NCBI GenBank assembly: GCA_045576715.1
Contig: JAZNHB010000038.1
Coordinates: 8,100-72,099 of the forward strand
DNA from: Faecousia sp.
Lineage (GTDB): Bacteria > Bacillota > Clostridia > Oscillospirales > Oscillospiraceae
DNA length: 64,000 nucleotides
Direction of reading: 5' to 3'
Shown here: positions 19,658 to 29,160 of the stretch, in pieces
Position numbering within the stretch: the first letter of the stretch is position 1
How the letters are laid out: each line of letters opens with the position of its first letter
The notes under the pieces: generated by a model
The model's input: the letters and a program-made list of their open reading frames with translations, nothing else
Database searches by the model: none
What the model was told of the DNA's origin: nothing
Translations under genes and position numbers: made by a program

Positions 19658-20346
19658 TCATCTCCGTCCTGTTGTGCATCACTGTCCTGCTTTTGCACCT
19701 TGCCCTCTTCTGTAAGCAATGTGCCTGTGGCTCTGGCTTCCAGCAGATAGTGCAATACCGTATTCTTCAGCACCAGCGTGCTGACCGTTGCCACAAGAAT
19801 AAAGTATGCAGTGATGAAAATCATTATGGCATACAGGAACAATCCTGTCCAGCGCCACAGCATGACATAGGGAACCCAAAACAGCACCGCGGCTCCCAGC
19901 AGCTCAATCGGCGCTTTGAAAACCATATTCACTGCATTGCGCACCCACTGGCCGATATTTGTAGGAACATAGACATTTAAGATTTGCAAGGCAAAGGTGA
20001 GCATAATCATCAGTGCCGCTACAATACATGCCATGACCGTGGGAATATCCAAACCCACATTGTCTATCATGGCAATCATATCCAGAATCATGTACACATC
20101 TACCGCCAACATAATGACCCATGCCACTGTGCCTCGCAGGAAGCGCGTCTTGAAGCCGGCTTTAAAGCCGTCCTGCCATTTGTCACCGCGGATCTTGTAG
20201 CGCAGCGCGCTCAAAAGTCCGCACCACGCCTGCCCCATGGTCACCACAGGCAAGCTGGCCAGCAGGAACAGCAAATTCATCATTATGGCATTTCCTGCTA
20301 TACTGATTACATTACCGACCTTTTCCATCAAAGTAGGTTTTTCCAC
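19654..20346 (-). CDS. YesL/DUF624 family membrane protein
   Basis: 'NLLFLLASLPVVTMGQA...F..GFK..F' signature. Confidence 0.8.
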   Translation of the reverse strand: MEKPTLMEKVGNVISIAGNAIMMNLLFLLASLPVVTMGQAWCGLLSALRYKIRGDKWQDGFKAGFKTRFLRGTVAWVIMLAVDVYMILDMIAMIDNVGLDIPTVMACIVAALMIMLTFALQILNVYVPTNIGQWVRNAVNMVFKAPIELLGAAVLFWVPYVMLWRWTGLFLYAIMIFITAYFILVATVSTLVLKNTVLHYLLEARATGTLLTEEGKVQKQDSDAQQDGDE

Positions 20347-20507
20347 AATTTCTCTCTCCTTTTGCTCTTATACCATTTTATTATACTAGGCAATTATGAA
20401 CAATACAAACACTTTTTTTAAACAAATAAAAATTGAGCCGTAATATTCACAATTTGTTGTTGAATTTCCTGCCTTTTTGTCTTAAAATAAGAGCGACTTA
20501 AGGAGGC

Positions 20508-21248
20508 GTGATTATGGGCGGATTTTTTTCCTACGAATCAAAGCCGATGCAGACACTGATGTTTGTGGGCGATGTTATCATTTTGAACGTAATGTATCTG
20601 ATTTTCTGCATCCCGATATTTACCATAGGCGCGGCGCAGGCAGGAATGTTTACAGCCTGCAAGGTGCTGCTGGACAAAGAGGACGACTCCTCTCCCAGCG
20701 CAGCTTTCTGGCGCGGCTTTACCAGCGGCTTTGGCACAGTCACCCTGGCCTGGGGCGTTATGACCTTGGCTCTGGTGCTGGTCATTTACGGCGCTGTCAC
20801 CGCTGCCATGCTGGGCGCGCCTGTATGGCTGATGATCGTTGCAGTGGCGCTGTGCGCTATTTTCCAGACGTTGGTGCCTGCCATTCATTCCCGTTTTGGC
20901 TGTAAATGGTGGCAGCTGATCCGCAACACCTGGTTTCTGCTTTTTGCCCACCCTCTGCGTTCTATCGGCACTGTGGCCTTCATTTGGATCCCGCTGGGTT
21001 ATTTTTCCTACTGCCTGTATACCGGATACGCTTATGATTTCATGGCTTTGGCACCCATTTGGTGCACACTTTACTTTGGCACTGCATTTTGCTTTGCCAC
21101 CAGCTTCTTAAAAAAGCCTTTCCGGGTGTTGACGGAGCATTTCAACGAGACCCATGGCCTGGACAAAGACGGCAATCCCCTGCCCCCGGCACAACCGGAA
21201 GATGCGGACGCTTATTTAGAAGAAGATTACGAAGAGCAAACAGATTGA
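20508..21248 (+). CDS. YesL/DUF624 family membrane protein
   Basis: 'GDVIILNVMYLIFCIPIFTIGAA...FWRGF'. Confidence 0.85.
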   Translation: MIMGGFFSYESKPMQTLMFVGDVIILNVMYLIFCIPIFTIGAAQAGMFTACKVLLDKEDDSSPSAAFWRGFTSGFGTVTLAWGVMTLALVLVIYGAVTAAMLGAPVWLMIVAVALCAIFQTLVPAIHSRFGCKWWQLIRNTWFLLFAHPLRSIGTVAFIWIPLGYFSYCLYTGYAYDFMALAPIWCTLYFGTAFCFATSFLKKPFRVLTEHFNETHGLDKDGNPLPPAQPEDADAYLEEDYEEQTD

Positions 21249-21299
21249 TAGCAAAATATCAATCGGTGGTGGGTGAGATATCCTCAGCCACCGCCGTTT

Positions 21300-21482
21300 T
21301 TATTGTTCTTCCGTTTCTCGGCAATGCTTGCAGCTGCCATTGCAGTTTTGTTGGGAACAGGCGCAGTTGTCCGGACAGCCGATGCACATTTCCCCCTTTT
21401 TCCGGGACCTGCGGACAAACCATCCGGAAAGGCCCAGAATCAGCACGATCACAGTTGCAATTATGTAGTCTACAAGATTCAT
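21300..21482 (-). CDS. FeoB-associated Cys-rich membrane protein
   Basis: TM helix plus 'KKGEMCIGCP...C' directly after feoB. Confidence 0.85.
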   Translation of the reverse strand: MNLVDYIIATVIVLILGLSGWFVRRSRKKGEMCIGCPDNCACSQQNCNGSCKHCRETEEQ

Positions 21483-21485
21483 TGT

Positions 21486-23531
21486 TTACTTCTTTCCGCT
21501 GAGTGCGTACTCAGTCTTAAGCTTGCTGTCTGCCCGGGCGCACAACCAAACAACAATACCAACCATTCCAGCCACAGCAATCAAACCGGGCGCAAAGGCG
21601 GCGCCAAAGCTGCCTGTGGTGATCAGCGTACCGACCTGGTAAACCACAAAGCCGATGGTATAACCAACGCCCAACTGCAGGGCGATACCTCCCCAGAACC
21701 ACTTGCGGTCATTGATCTCCGCATTCATGGCGCCCAATGCCGCAAAGCAAGGCGGTGCAAACAGGTTAAACATCAGGTAAGCCAGCGCGGCCACCTTCGT
21801 AATACCGAAAATTGCCGCCACTTCTGCTCCTGCGCCCTCCGCCAGCTCCAGCGCATCGGTGTCGATCAAATTGGAAATGCCGAAGCAAACGGCCAAGGTG
21901 CCCACAACATTTTCCTTTGCAATAAAGCCGGTAACCGCTGCTGCCGCCATCTGCCAGAGCTTAACGCCAATCACCGGCACAAGAATCGCAGCAATGGGAT
22001 TGGCAAGGGTCGCCAGAATGGAGGTAGTTTCTGCTCCCTCCTCCACCAGCTGCAGTCTCCAGTTAAACGACTGCATAATATAAACCACAGCGTTGCACAG
22101 CAGGATAATGGTGCCTGCCTTGACAATATAGGACCAGCCACGGGAAAGCATGGACAGCGCAGCGCGCTTCAAGCTGGGCAGCTTATATTCCGGCAGCTCC
22201 ATGATAAAGAAGGACTTGCGGTTCTTGTGACCGGCAATCTTATTCACCAGCAGTGCGCCTAATAGGATCAGGGCAATGCCCACAAAGTACATCATTGTAC
22301 CCACCCAGGAAGCATTGTCAAAAAACGCGCCGGCAAACAGACCGATCACCGGCAGCTTTGCGCCACAGGGCATGAAAGGTGTGAGCATGGCGGTGGCGCG
22401 ACGCTCACGCTCGTTGCGAATGGTCCGGCACGCCATAACGCCGGGAATAGCGCAGCCCGTGCCGATCACAAACGGAATGACCGATTTACCGGAAAGACCG
22501 ACCTTTTTGAACATAGGATCCAGCACCACTGTAGCCCGGGCCATGTAGCCGCAGTCCTCCAGCAATGCAATCAAAAAGTACATGACCATGACCAGCGGCA
22601 GGAAACCCACCACCGCACTGACACCGCCGATAATGCCCTCGGTGAGCAGCGCTGCCAGAAACGGATTGGCTTCAGCGCTTTCCAGCAGTCCGACGATCCA
22701 TTCCTTGAACATATCAATAAGGGTCACCAGTCCGGGGATCACTGTGCCGTTTGCAAATTCATAACCCTCGGCGATCCAGGGGCCCACCCATGCCTGGGAA
22801 ATCTGGAACACCAGGAACATGACCACCGCAAAAATAGGCAGACCCACGATAGGGTGCGTCAGCACCGCGTCAATTCTATCCTGAAAATTCCTGTCGCTGG
22901 TGCGAACCCTCCGGGTCTCCACCTGGCTAACAATCTTGTTGACAAAGGCGAACCGCTTGCGGTCAGCCGCCTCCACAGCCTTTTTATCGGTCAAGTCCAC
23001 CGCTTCCTGGCAAAAAGGTGCCACCTGGGACTTGCCCACCAGCTCCGCTGCTGCCTTTACCACTTGGGAAAGACCCTCGGATGCGGTGGAAACCGTTTCC
23101 ACCACCGGGCAGCCCAGCTTTACGGACAGTGTGTTTACGTCGATATCCGTCTTTTTCTTTTCGTTGATATCTGTCTTGTTCAGCGCCACCACAACGGGAA
23201 TCCCCAGCTCCAGCAGCTGGGTGGTAAAAAACAGGCTGCGGCTCAAATTTGTGGCATCCACAATATTGATAATCGCATCAGGACGCTCCTGACGGACGTA
23301 TGCGCTGGTAATACTCTCCTCCGATGTGAAGGGTGACATGGAGTACGCGCCGGGAAGGTCCACGGCAATCAGCTCCAGCTGACCTGCATAGGCCTTTTTA
23401 ATGGGCGCTTCCTTTCTGTCAACAGTCACGCCTGCCCAGTTGCCCACCTTTTCATTTCTGCCGGTAAGGGCATTGTACATGGTGGTCTTACCGCTATTGG
23501 GATTGCCTGCAAAAGCAATTCTCATAATCAT
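21486..23531 (-). CDS. feoB: Ferrous iron transporter B
   Basis: G-domain 'GNPNSGKTT', 'VGNWAGVTVD', 'DLPGAYS', 'NKTD', plus membrane domain. Confidence 0.97.
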   Translation of the reverse strand: MIMRIAFAGNPNSGKTTMYNALTGRNEKVGNWAGVTVDRKEAPIKKAYAGQLELIAVDLPGAYSMSPFTSEESITSAYVRQERPDAIINIVDATNLSRSLFFTTQLLELGIPVVVALNKTDINEKKKTDIDVNTLSVKLGCPVVETVSTASEGLSQVVKAAAELVGKSQVAPFCQEAVDLTDKKAVEAADRKRFAFVNKIVSQVETRRVRTSDRNFQDRIDAVLTHPIVGLPIFAVVMFLVFQISQAWVGPWIAEGYEFANGTVIPGLVTLIDMFKEWIVGLLESAEANPFLAALLTEGIIGGVSAVVGFLPLVMVMYFLIALLEDCGYMARATVVLDPMFKKVGLSGKSVIPFVIGTGCAIPGVMACRTIRNERERRATAMLTPFMPCGAKLPVIGLFAGAFFDNASWVGTMMYFVGIALILLGALLVNKIAGHKNRKSFFIMELPEYKLPSLKRAALSMLSRGWSYIVKAGTIILLCNAVVYIMQSFNWRLQLVEEGAETTSILATLANPIAAILVPVIGVKLWQMAAAAVTGFIAKENVVGTLAVCFGISNLIDTDALELAEGAGAEVAAIFGITKVAALAYLMFNLFAPPCFAALGAMNAEINDRKWFWGGIALQLGVGYTIGFVVYQVGTLITTGSFGAAFAPGLIAVAGMVGIVVWLCARADSKLKTEYALSGKK

Positions 23532-23602
23532 TTTCTCCTCTCTCAGTTACCTGTTGCTAACTTCTTCGTGAAAAGACGATCAGCCGTCTTTGCGATTCGC
23601 TT

Positions 23603-23827
23603 TTACGCGACGATGATCGCCTCTGCCAGCTGATTGTCGATATTGTAACGTCCGTCCTTTATGGCAACGGTGCAGCCGCCTCTGCGACGGGATACCACTG
23701 TGATCGGTTCGCCGCTGTAGCAGCCGAGAGAAAACAAAAAGGCATTCAGCTCTTCGTCATCCGTTTCGATCCGGTGAATGATGTGTTGCACACCTTCTTG
23801 CACGTTTGTTAAATTCATATGAATCAC
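23603..23827 (-). CDS. feoA: Ferrous iron transport protein A
   Basis: 'FLFSLGCYSGEPITVVS...IKDGRYNID'; upstream of feoB. Confidence 0.9.
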   Translation of the reverse strand: MIHMNLTNVQEGVQHIIHRIETDDEELNAFLFSLGCYSGEPITVVSRRRGGCTVAIKDGRYNIDNQLAEAIIVA

Positions 23828-23846
23828 TCGCTCTCCGTATGCCTGG

Positions 23847-23900
23847 GAATTAGTGTACGCTAACTCAATGGTCTCAAAAAGAATTAGCCACCGCTAACTC
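23847..23900. promoter_or_regulatory. Two operator boxes GAATTAG-N6-CTAACTC (DtxR/IdeR-like); a third degenerate box at 23546-23561
   Basis: Repeats at 23847-23866 and 23881-23900 lie between the promoter and feoA; GTTAC-N6-CTAAC lies before feoB. Confidence 0.7.
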
Positions 23901-23907
23901 CTTGGCT

Positions 23908-23936
23908 ATCATACCTCCCCATTCCCAGATTGTCAA
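23908..23936 (-). promoter_or_regulatory. sigmaA promoter of the feo operon
   Basis: Minus strand TTGACA-17 bp-TATGAT. Confidence 0.75.
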
Positions 23937-23989
23937 GTATTATTTGAAAAATTTTCCGGTGCTTTTCCCTTTGGCAGCTGCGCCCCAAT

Positions 23990-24023
23990 AGAAAAAGGAT
24001 GACCGAAAGGGTCATCCTTTTTC
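23990..24023 (-). terminator. Rho-independent terminator after ricT
   Basis: GAAAAAGGATGACC-gaaag-GGTCATCCTTTTTC. Confidence 0.75.
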
Positions 24024-24026
24024 AAG

Positions 24027-25256
24027 TTATTCCTTTGCCTCACCGCCACCGTGTCTGGGTCTGCGGCGATGGGCAGGACGGCGACGCTTACGAATACCCT
24101 CGCCGGGCTGCCGAGTCTGTTCGTTCCGGGTCTGCTCGCTGCTTGGCTGCTCGCTGTTCTCTTTGGGCTGCTGTGTTGCATTTGCCCTTTGCTTACGACG
24201 GCGATTGCGATTTCTTCCCGGTCTGCGCTCCTCATTTGGGACGGTTTCCTCCGGCACCACCTGCTGCTCGTCTGCGATCGTCTCCGTGCTGTAGCGCAAT
24301 CGAATCGGCTCCAGCATGATGGGCTCGTCCGGGTCCACCTGCCGTTTCCTGTTTTGCCTGATACCGGAGATGGGCGCCAGATCCTCAGGAATGGGCGGGT
24401 CATTCTTTTTCGCCTTGCCGTTTCGCAGGATCGCAATATCCGTATTGGCATATACGCCCACAGTCTCCGGTTGGTTTTCCATGCGCACCTTTACACGCTG
24501 CCGCAGCAGATCTACCTCTACCACCGTTCCCCTTCCGTCCGGCGTATCCACAAAGGACTCTGCCTTGGGGCTGTTTTTCAGCAGATCTTCATAAGCATCC
24601 TGCTCATACGTCAGGCAGCACATCAGTCTGCCACAGGTGCCGGATATTTTTGTGGGATTCAGACTCAGATTCTGTGCCTTTGCCATTTTAATGGAAACCG
24701 GCTGGAAATCATCCAAAAAGCTTGCGCAGCAAAAAGGTCTGCCGCAAATTCCCAGTCCTCCCACCATCTTGGCCTTGTCTCTGACACCGATCTGCCGCAA
24801 TTCGATGCGCGTATGGAACATGGTGGCCAGCACCTTCACCAGCTCCCGGAAATCCACACGCTCATCGGCAGTGAAGAAAAACAGCAACTTACTGCCGTCA
24901 AAGGCGCACTCAGCCGAGACCAGCTGCATATCCAGCTGATACTCCTCGATCTTCTGGACGCAAGCCTCGAAGGCCTTTTTTTCCTTTTCCTGGTTCTCTG
25001 CCGCAATCTTCTCATCCTGCTGCGTGGCAATGCGCAGGACAGGGCGCAGCGGCGCCACCACCTCAGACACCGGGATCCGGTGATTGCCTGCCGTGCAATA
25101 GCCATACTCCGGTCCCCGGGCGGTGTCGATGATCACATGGCTGCCGGGCTCACACCGAATACCTGCAGGGTCAAAGTAATATACTTTCTGGCCGGGGCGG
25201 AACTGGATGTCCACCACTTCTGCAAATACCGGCTCATTTTTGATTTCTTTTTCCAT
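24027..25256 (-). CDS. ricT: PSP1-domain protein RicT/YaaT
   Basis: 'RVDFRELVK...RIELRQIGVRD', 'GICGRPFCC', 'KISGTCGRLMCCL'; downstream of holB. Confidence 0.92.
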   Translation of the reverse strand: MEKEIKNEPVFAEVVDIQFRPGQKVYYFDPAGIRCEPGSHVIIDTARGPEYGYCTAGNHRIPVSEVVAPLRPVLRIATQQDEKIAAENQEKEKKAFEACVQKIEEYQLDMQLVSAECAFDGSKLLFFFTADERVDFRELVKVLATMFHTRIELRQIGVRDKAKMVGGLGICGRPFCCASFLDDFQPVSIKMAKAQNLSLNPTKISGTCGRLMCCLTYEQDAYEDLLKNSPKAESFVDTPDGRGTVVEVDLLRQRVKVRMENQPETVGVYANTDIAILRNGKAKKNDPPIPEDLAPISGIRQNRKRQVDPDEPIMLEPIRLRYSTETIADEQQVVPEETVPNEERRPGRNRNRRRKQRANATQQPKENSEQPSSEQTRNEQTRQPGEGIRKRRRPAHRRRPRHGGGEAKE

Positions 25257-25277
25257 GGTATGCTCCTTCTCAGTGGT

Positions 25278-26225
25278 TTACTGCAATACCCACACCAAAT
25301 AGCCACAAACAGCGGCTGTGGATACATTTCCCTGGGTATACGCAATGGCTTTTTGTAAGTGGCGCAAGGCCTGAAGCAGCTCCAAAGAGCTGCGCTGCTG
25401 GCTTAAAAAGCGCGCCTGCGGGGACAGCACGCCCACGCCGCTGCGGCAAACCAGCGCCTGCTGCAAAAGCTGCAGCCAAACGGTCAGCTCGCCAAGCAAA
25501 CGCTCCCTGTCCCACTTTTCCATGGAACTGAGCGCGTCCAGCAACACCAAAGGCTGTTTCCGGGAAAAGCCGTCCACGAACCCCTGGGTCTGGTGTGACA
25601 GGGCATCGCCTTGCTCCAGGCTCTCAATGGCCTGTCCCAGATATCCGCCGCTTCGTTCTGCCGCCGCCTGCAGCGATTGCTCATCCATATCCGGAAATCG
25701 GCGGCGCAGCTCCCGGCTTAACACATCGGTCTCCAGCGCCAGCAGCTTCAGCTCCGTCCCCCGGGAACGCACAGTGGGCAGCAGTTTTTCCGGGTTGTCA
25801 CTTATCAGCAAAAACACGCCGTAGCCGGGTGGCTCCTCCAGAATCTTCAGCAGAGCATTTTGCCCTTCAACACCCAATTCCTGAGGAAAAATATAAATCT
25901 TTCTGTCCGCCTCGTTGGGACGCACAAACATCTCCTCTCGAACCTGACGCACCAGCTTGACAGCCACATTCTTATGCTCCGGATCCGTAACAGTGATCAC
26001 ATCCGGATGGGTGTCGCCCATAACCTTCCGGCAGGCGCTGCAGCCCATGCAGGGCTTATTCTCCCCTCTGCAGACCATAGCTGCAGACAAAAGCTTCGCC
26101 AACGTCCGTTTGCCGGAGCCCTGGGGACCGGAGATCAGATAAAAATGGGAAATTCGCCCACGTCCCATGGCCGCGGTCAAATTCTCTTTCAGCCGACGGT
26201 TGCCCAGCAACTGCTCAAAGCCCAT
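25278..26225 (-). CDS. holB: DNA polymerase III subunit delta'
   Basis: Walker-A-like 'GPQGSGKRT', Zn motif 'PCMGCSAC', 'HPDV', 'NALLKILEEPP', 'LLPTVRSR'. Confidence 0.93.
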   Translation of the reverse strand: MGFEQLLGNRRLKENLTAAMGRGRISHFYLISGPQGSGKRTLAKLLSAAMVCRGENKPCMGCSACRKVMGDTHPDVITVTDPEHKNVAVKLVRQVREEMFVRPNEADRKIYIFPQELGVEGQNALLKILEEPPGYGVFLLISDNPEKLLPTVRSRGTELKLLALETDVLSRELRRRFPDMDEQSLQAAAERSGGYLGQAIESLEQGDALSHQTQGFVDGFSRKQPLVLLDALSSMEKWDRERLLGELTVWLQLLQQALVCRSGVGVLSPQARFLSQQRSSLELLQALRHLQKAIAYTQGNVSTAAVCGYLVWVLQ

Positions 26226-26284
26226 TTTTATCCCTCCTTATTATTCAGAATCGTTTTGAACTTTCATCACCGCAGCGATACTGC

Positions 26285-26445
26285 GTTTTCAGGGCTGCCG
26301 CAGGCAACCTCATCGCCCCCGGTGGCGCTCCCTCTTCCCTATTGCAGTGCCCGACAGCTTCGTCGGCGACGGCGCGCCTTCCTCATCTGTCGACCGCGGC
26401 TATTGCGCTCGGTCGCTTCATCCGCCCCCGGCGGCGCTCCCTCGC
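26285..26445. repeat. GC-rich intergenic repeat element (REP/MITE-like)
   Basis: CGCCCCCGG(T/C)GGCGCTCCCTC occurs at about 26314 and 26423, with palindromic GC-rich filler. Confidence 0.5.
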
Positions 26446-28059
26446 TTAACCCCATAAAGCAGATAGCATTGGGATGATCTGCTTTTTTCGGCTCATAATT
26501 TTCGGCAAAAACACCGTATTGTCCTTCGGTTGCACGTTAAAAGCTTGCTGGATCGTCTCATCATTGCCAATATAAATCAGCTGTGTGCCTTCCAGCAGCA
26601 CGTCCGTAAGCATCAGGATCATCATAGAGAATCCCTTATCCGCAGCGGTCTTGCGCATGATCTCCAGAAAATCCTCTTTGCGCTCCAGCATATTGGGACT
26701 GTCCACACAAGTAACCTGCGCCACTGCCAGGTCATGCCCGGCGATGTGAAATTCCTTATAGTCCGCAAACAGCAGCTCCTTGGCGCTCTTACCCACCATG
26801 GATGCAGAGAATATCTCTTTGCCCAGCTCCTCCAGGGAAACATTGGCGATCCGCGCCATACGCTCGGCAGTACGGATGTCTCTTTGCGTGCAGGTGGGAG
26901 ATTTGAACATGACCGTATCAGAAAGGATCGCCGCCGCCATCATACCTGCCATTTTTGCCGAGGGCATCAAACCTCGATCCTGGAACATACCGGCAATGAT
27001 GGTATTGGTAGAGCCTACCGGCTCATTACGCACGTAAATAGGATTGTTTGTCTGGATGTCCGCTAACCGATGATGGTCAATGATCTCCAGGATATCTGCC
27101 TCCTCCAAGCCGGGGACAGACTGGGATATTTCATTGTGATCCACCAGCACCACGCGCTTGCGCCGGGGACGCAGCAAATGGTATCGGGTCAAGACGCCCA
27201 CTACCTTTTCCCGTTCGTCCAGAATGGGATAGCAAGGCTCGCGAAATTTCAGCACTTTTTCCCGCACCTCATCCAGCCTGTCTTCCAGGTGGAAGCAGAC
27301 CAGATCGTCGGTACGGCAGATGGTGGCGATAGACACTGACTGGAAGATCAGTCTTGCCGCCCGGTAGGCATCATAAGGTGTGGCAATGATGCAGGTTTTG
27401 GTGGGCAGTTCCCGCAGCTCCCGGGTCAGCTCCGCCTGGCAAAGCACCAGACAGTTTACATTCATCTCCAATGCCCGGCGGATCATATCCGGCTGGTGTC
27501 CGCAAATTACAATAGAATTGGCATTGTTAAACAGCAGGTTTTCCTGCGCCTGGGGCAGAGCGATGGTCACCTCGCCGGAAATGGTATCTGTGTTTTCGCC
27601 GGCTTTGTTGAGCACCTTGCCCTCCAGCACAGACAGCACATTAAACAGCGGCACCGACTCCAGCATGGCAGCGTTCACCGCCTCCATATTATAGCTTGCC
27701 ACGTTTTCCCGGGACAGCATTCCAAACAAGGTTCCATCCTCTTTTGTCACCGGCACAGCAGAAATGTTTTTCTGCTCCTGCAGAATTTTCCAGCCGCGCC
27801 CCACTGTCACAGCGCCGCTGAGCAGTGGCGGTCTGTCAAACTCCAGATCCTGCACCTGCGTGTACATATTGTGGATACGTTTGGGCGGTTCAAAACCGAA
27901 ACGGTCCAGAACGATCTGCGTCTCGTCAGACACATGTCCCAGACAGGCCGCTTCATATTCCCTGTCACCCAAAGCATTTCGCAACGCAGCGTAAGCCATG
28001 GCTGCAACAATAGAGTCTGTATCCGGATTTCGATGACCGGTCACATAAATAGGATCCAT
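26446..28059 (-). CDS. ppaC: Family II Mn-dependent inorganic pyrophosphatase with CBS-DRTGG insert
   Basis: 'GHRNPDTDS', 'LVDHNE', 'IIDHH', 'ILSDT', 'SRKKQIIP'; central CBS/DRTGG region. Confidence 0.95.
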   Translation of the reverse strand: MDPIYVTGHRNPDTDSIVAAMAYAALRNALGDREYEAACLGHVSDETQIVLDRFGFEPPKRIHNMYTQVQDLEFDRPPLLSGAVTVGRGWKILQEQKNISAVPVTKEDGTLFGMLSRENVASYNMEAVNAAMLESVPLFNVLSVLEGKVLNKAGENTDTISGEVTIALPQAQENLLFNNANSIVICGHQPDMIRRALEMNVNCLVLCQAELTRELRELPTKTCIIATPYDAYRAARLIFQSVSIATICRTDDLVCFHLEDRLDEVREKVLKFREPCYPILDEREKVVGVLTRYHLLRPRRKRVVLVDHNEISQSVPGLEEADILEIIDHHRLADIQTNNPIYVRNEPVGSTNTIIAGMFQDRGLMPSAKMAGMMAAAILSDTVMFKSPTCTQRDIRTAERMARIANVSLEELGKEIFSASMVGKSAKELLFADYKEFHIAGHDLAVAQVTCVDSPNMLERKEDFLEIMRKTAADKGFSMMILMLTDVLLEGTQLIYIGNDETIQQAFNVQPKDNTVFLPKIMSRKKQIIPMLSALWG

Positions 28060-28311
28060 AAAATCCCCTTTCTGAAAAGAACGTTATCCTGCAGGGTGAT
28101 TGGCAATCAGCACTTCCGCAAAGGACAGCATCCGCAGCATTGCCGGTCACACCGACAAGCGTACCGAGGTCCCCATTGTAAGTTATATATTTTCTTCCTA
28201 TATGCCTCAATTGCTACAATTACTCATAATAATTATAGCGTCTGCAAGTCAAAATAGCAAGCATAAAAGCAAATTATGCTTTTAAAGAAAAACTGCCCGG
28301 AAACCGGGCAG

Positions 28312-29103
28312 CTATACATGCGCTTTCTTCTTTTTTACACATCGAATGCCCACTGCCGCCAGCAGGATCAGATAGGCCGCAACCGTAAACACCACCAAGT
28401 AGATCCCCAGACACCAGGGAAACGGCACCGCATTTTGCACCAGCGAATACACCGGCAGCGAGGGCGTTCCATAGGGACTAATAAAGAACATATCAAAGGT
28501 TTCTGTTTTCAAAAGGCCGGCGCGGTATGCCATCTCGTTCATCAGGCAAGCCAGCGCTACGCACACCGCAAATACCGGCGCGGCTTTCAAAATGGTCTTA
28601 TGCTCCGCTTTTACATATCCGCTGTAAAGCAGGTACACTCCAATGGCGATCATAGAACCGTGACAGACCATTGTCTGGATATTGATGCCCACTGTTGAAA
28701 CAAACACCGTTGACGGATACAGCATCACGCAAACACCTGCAAACACCGCATAAGTAGCCAAATAAGCATTGGCCGCATCGTGGAGTTTTCCTTTTTTTGT
28801 CACTCCGGCAAGCAGGCCCACGTACATCGGCGTTGAACAGAACTGAAACGGAAACGCATACCATTGGTAATCAAACCGGATTCCGTTTTCATAGGAAAAG
28901 CTGAAATTGATCTGCTTATAAACTTCCAGCGCAACCACGATCAATGTAGTGACGAAAACCACCCGACGAGGCTGTAAATGCTTTTGCCAACGACACAGTC
29001 CAATGCTCGCCGCCACTGTCAGCAATAGGCTCACTACATGAAACCACCCATACATCACAGGCTGTGTCATTTGTATATCCATTATGCGAAGTATGCTTTC
29101 CAA
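28312..29103 (-). CDS. YwaF-like integral membrane protein
   Basis: 'YGWFH', 'LEVYKQ', 'FPFQFCS'; multiple TM helices. Confidence 0.7.
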   Translation of the reverse strand: MESILRIMDIQMTQPVMYGWFHVVSLLLTVAASIGLCRWQKHLQPRRVVFVTTLIVVALEVYKQINFSFSYENGIRFDYQWYAFPFQFCSTPMYVGLLAGVTKKGKLHDAANAYLATYAVFAGVCVMLYPSTVFVSTVGINIQTMVCHGSMIAIGVYLLYSGYVKAEHKTILKAAPVFAVCVALACLMNEMAYRAGLLKTETFDMFFISPYGTPSLPVYSLVQNAVPFPWCLGIYLVVFTVAAYLILLAAVGIRCVKKKKAHV

Positions 29104-29160
29104 ACATACCGCCTCCCTTTCTTTTTTCGGGAATATGATATTTTAAATAGCTTCTAATGC

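Noticed and set aside
27965-28210. Cys-rich 81-aa ORF as a RiPP precursor
   Set aside because: It overlaps the ppaC start out of frame, has no clear RBS, and no maturases are nearby.
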